From positions 2,232,001-2,296,000 of the forward strand of contig OZ116699.1 in the NCBI GenBank assembly GCA_964199315.1: 64,000 bases of DNA, in the 5' to 3' direction. A program made the translations under genes and the position numbers. Shown here piece by piece: positions 62,001 through 64,000 of this stretch. This DNA is from Orbicella franksi. Taxonomy: Eukaryota. The notes under the pieces are model-generated. The model saw only the letters and a list, made by a program, of their open reading frames with translations. It was not told where the DNA came from and searched no databases. The stretch's first letter is position 1. Every line of letters begins with the position of its first letter.

Positions 62001-63664
62001 ATTTATAGCCATGTCAAATTAACCGTCGCTTCGCTTGAGTAACCGTATACATCCGCAGGATTCTTGTTTTCCAGAATCCCTCAAACTAAGTATTGGAAGT
62101 GGTTCTTGAAACAATAGGATAGCAATTATTTAGACTTTCAGTAATATATAAAGACAGAGGGTGTATCTTAGGACAAAGCGAAAACCAAAAACTCAATTTA
62201 TAGTTCCGTGACTGTTTTCTATGGTTTCTGTGGTTGAAGATCTCGCTCGTGATTGGTTATAACACAATAAACATTCTAGACATATATTTTTAGGTAATCA
62301 CAGTTTTCTGAGTTTGATTGTAAAACAACAATTAAGTAACACAATGCATGTGTTACACTCATTATGGTTGCCTTTCAATTGAACGCAATTCAAATTTCTC
62401 TCTAATAAGCCCCCCCCCACCCCCCCCCCCTCCACCACCCCACCCCTCATGGCGGGTCTAAAACACAGGTCACGGGTCACTGTTTTACCAATACTGGTAC
62501 AACCCTAACCCCTTCCTAATGCTAACCTTAGGCCTAAGTACTACACTAAGACAATGTTTTAGGCCCAAATACTACACTAAGACAATGTTTAGGCCTAAGG
62601 TTAGCATTAGGAAGGGGTTAGGATTGTTCCAGTATTAGTAAAACAGTGATCCGTGACCTGTGTTTTAGACCTGCCACACCCCTCACCACTTTCCCAAGAT
62701 GATAAGTCAACCAAAGGAATTCAAAGAAATCAATCTTAGGAGCAGGCAACACAGTTTTGAGTTTCCTTTGCTAAGATTTACCTTTTTTCCTAGGGCCTTC
62801 AGTTAATTAGAACAGCATAGTACCCTATATTATTAATTTTATTATTACTTATTAATACTATTAATTCAAAATAACATGGCTATGGTTCCAGTCCTCAGGT
62901 AACCTGTTTGTTATGATTGGTCTGCATAATGTGGTTACTTTAGGTTTGGTTCCTATAACTTCCATTAGTAGAATACTCTATTTAGGAGCATCACTTACTG
63001 ATTGATATGTTTTCGCAAGCTGTCTCTGACTTGATTTTTCGGCAGAGCATCTGTCCATGTTTGTTTTGACAAGAACGTTGCCACATGGCTCTCAACCCGC
63101 TGTTTTAATTGCCGATAAGATTCCTGATTATAGACAAATATACATGTGTTAGAATACAGAATAAAAACACAATGCCAATGTCTGCTACTCGCTGACAAAC
63201 TGGGACTTACCCTTTTATGACGGCTGATAATAAACCTTTTAATTTATGGAACATGTTACACTGTCTCGTGTTTAAGCCTCTACTTCATGGATCCAGTCTT
63301 CTACTATTCATGTTCTCAATCAGGTAATTTCGGAGAAGTTCTTGCAGTAGTCGAATATATTTCAATAAACCGTTGAAATTGTCCTTCAGTAGCATTTTGG
63401 ATGGTTAAATAGACAATTCACTATAGATCGACGAAATAACAGTAGCTCAAGGAGTCTTCAAGGCCTCAGTCGATAATTTTTAGTCTAAGATCTCAATACA
63501 GTTTACGAATTTATTTTAACTAAATAACCAACCTTCTGTTCCAGTTCATCAATACAGTCACGCCTGAATTGATCGAATATACCTTGGGACTTCACATGTT
63601 CAACTATCTGGCTGACTAAACGCCTTGACTCGTTATCGAGCTTGGCTGGCGGCTCGGCCGCCAT
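59035..63664 (-). CDS. BOD1L1: BOD1L1-like protein (BOD1/Shg1 domain, long low-complexity region, C-terminal AT-hook), 808 aa; exons 63664-63533, 63123-62999, 61204-59035
   Basis: LVSQIVEHVKSQGIFDQFRRDC..YRQLKQRVE..FLSKQTW..KNQVRDSLR matches the BOD1 domain; GT-AG introns of phase 0 and 2; PRRRGRPRK AT-hook at ~59289-59263; ATG sits in a YY1-like CAAGATGGCGGCC context. Confidence 0.85.
62450..62676. mobile_element. Foldback non-autonomous DNA transposon (227 bp) with ~88-bp TIRs and a 9-bp TSD, in BOD1L1-like intron 2
   Basis: TGGCGGGTCTAAAACACAGG..CCTTAGGCCTAA pairs with TTAGGCCTAAGG..CCTGTGTTTTAGACCTGCCA; CACCCCTCA at 62441-62449 and 62677-62685. Confidence 0.9.
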
Positions 63665-63732
63665 CTTGAAAATAGAGGAGGAAATTTCCCAGCAGTCTGT
63701 GCTCGCTAACTTCATCTCGGTCCAGTCTTCTT

Positions 63733-64000
63733 CAAAATTTATTACACCTCACAGTATTTTAACAATTGAGTACGGACTACGAAGCAGCTGTCCTCGCGGT
63801 TGACAACGACCTCTTGTCAGACATGTACGTCCTAGAAAGTCTGCAGTCGTGTTTCAGTTTTCCGTCCATTTGTCTAATTTTTTTTCCGCGAAGTGGTGAG
63901 AACTTGTGGGCCGCAAAATTTATTACACCGCACAGTATTTTAACACATGAGTATGGACTACGAGGCAGCTGTCCTCGTTGTTGACAACGACCTCTTGTCA
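63733..64000. repeat. 181-bp tandem repeat (about 1.5 copies visible, running off the window end)
   Basis: AAAATTTATTACACC at 63734 and 63915, followed by near-identical sequence to the window end. Confidence 0.85.

Overview
Eukaryotic animal genomic DNA, most likely a stony coral (inferred from gene content and repeat types); it is not a prokaryotic window. Left to right: a 42-bp tandem array and TTTACA-rich repeat end; an intronless melatonin-receptor-like GPCR (+); an N-gapped (GGAACGAA)n microsatellite; a tandem cluster of three 4-exon secreted PAN/Apple-EGF-fibrinogen (FReD) genes (8.9-27.4 kb) in an A-B-A' arrangement with an ~8-kb duplication and remnants of further lost copies; an intronless neuropeptide-receptor-like GPCR (-); ~14.7 kb without recognisable genes; then a housekeeping block of TMEM53-like (-) head-to-head with 8-exon RAB28 (+, last intron U12-type) and a 3-exon BOD1L1-like gene (-). 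Many short non-autonomous transposons (MITEs, several with intact TSDs) and SINE-like fragments are interspersed. The strongest candidate for a novel system is the FReD cluster. The three paralogues differ at residues aligning to the ficolin acetyl-sugar S1 pocket while nearby introns and flanks of copies 1 and 3 are nearly identical, the exons are mosaic, and the middle copy has a mutated splice acceptor. This suggests a diversifying, recombining lectin-like recognition locus. All alignments and counts were done by eye.
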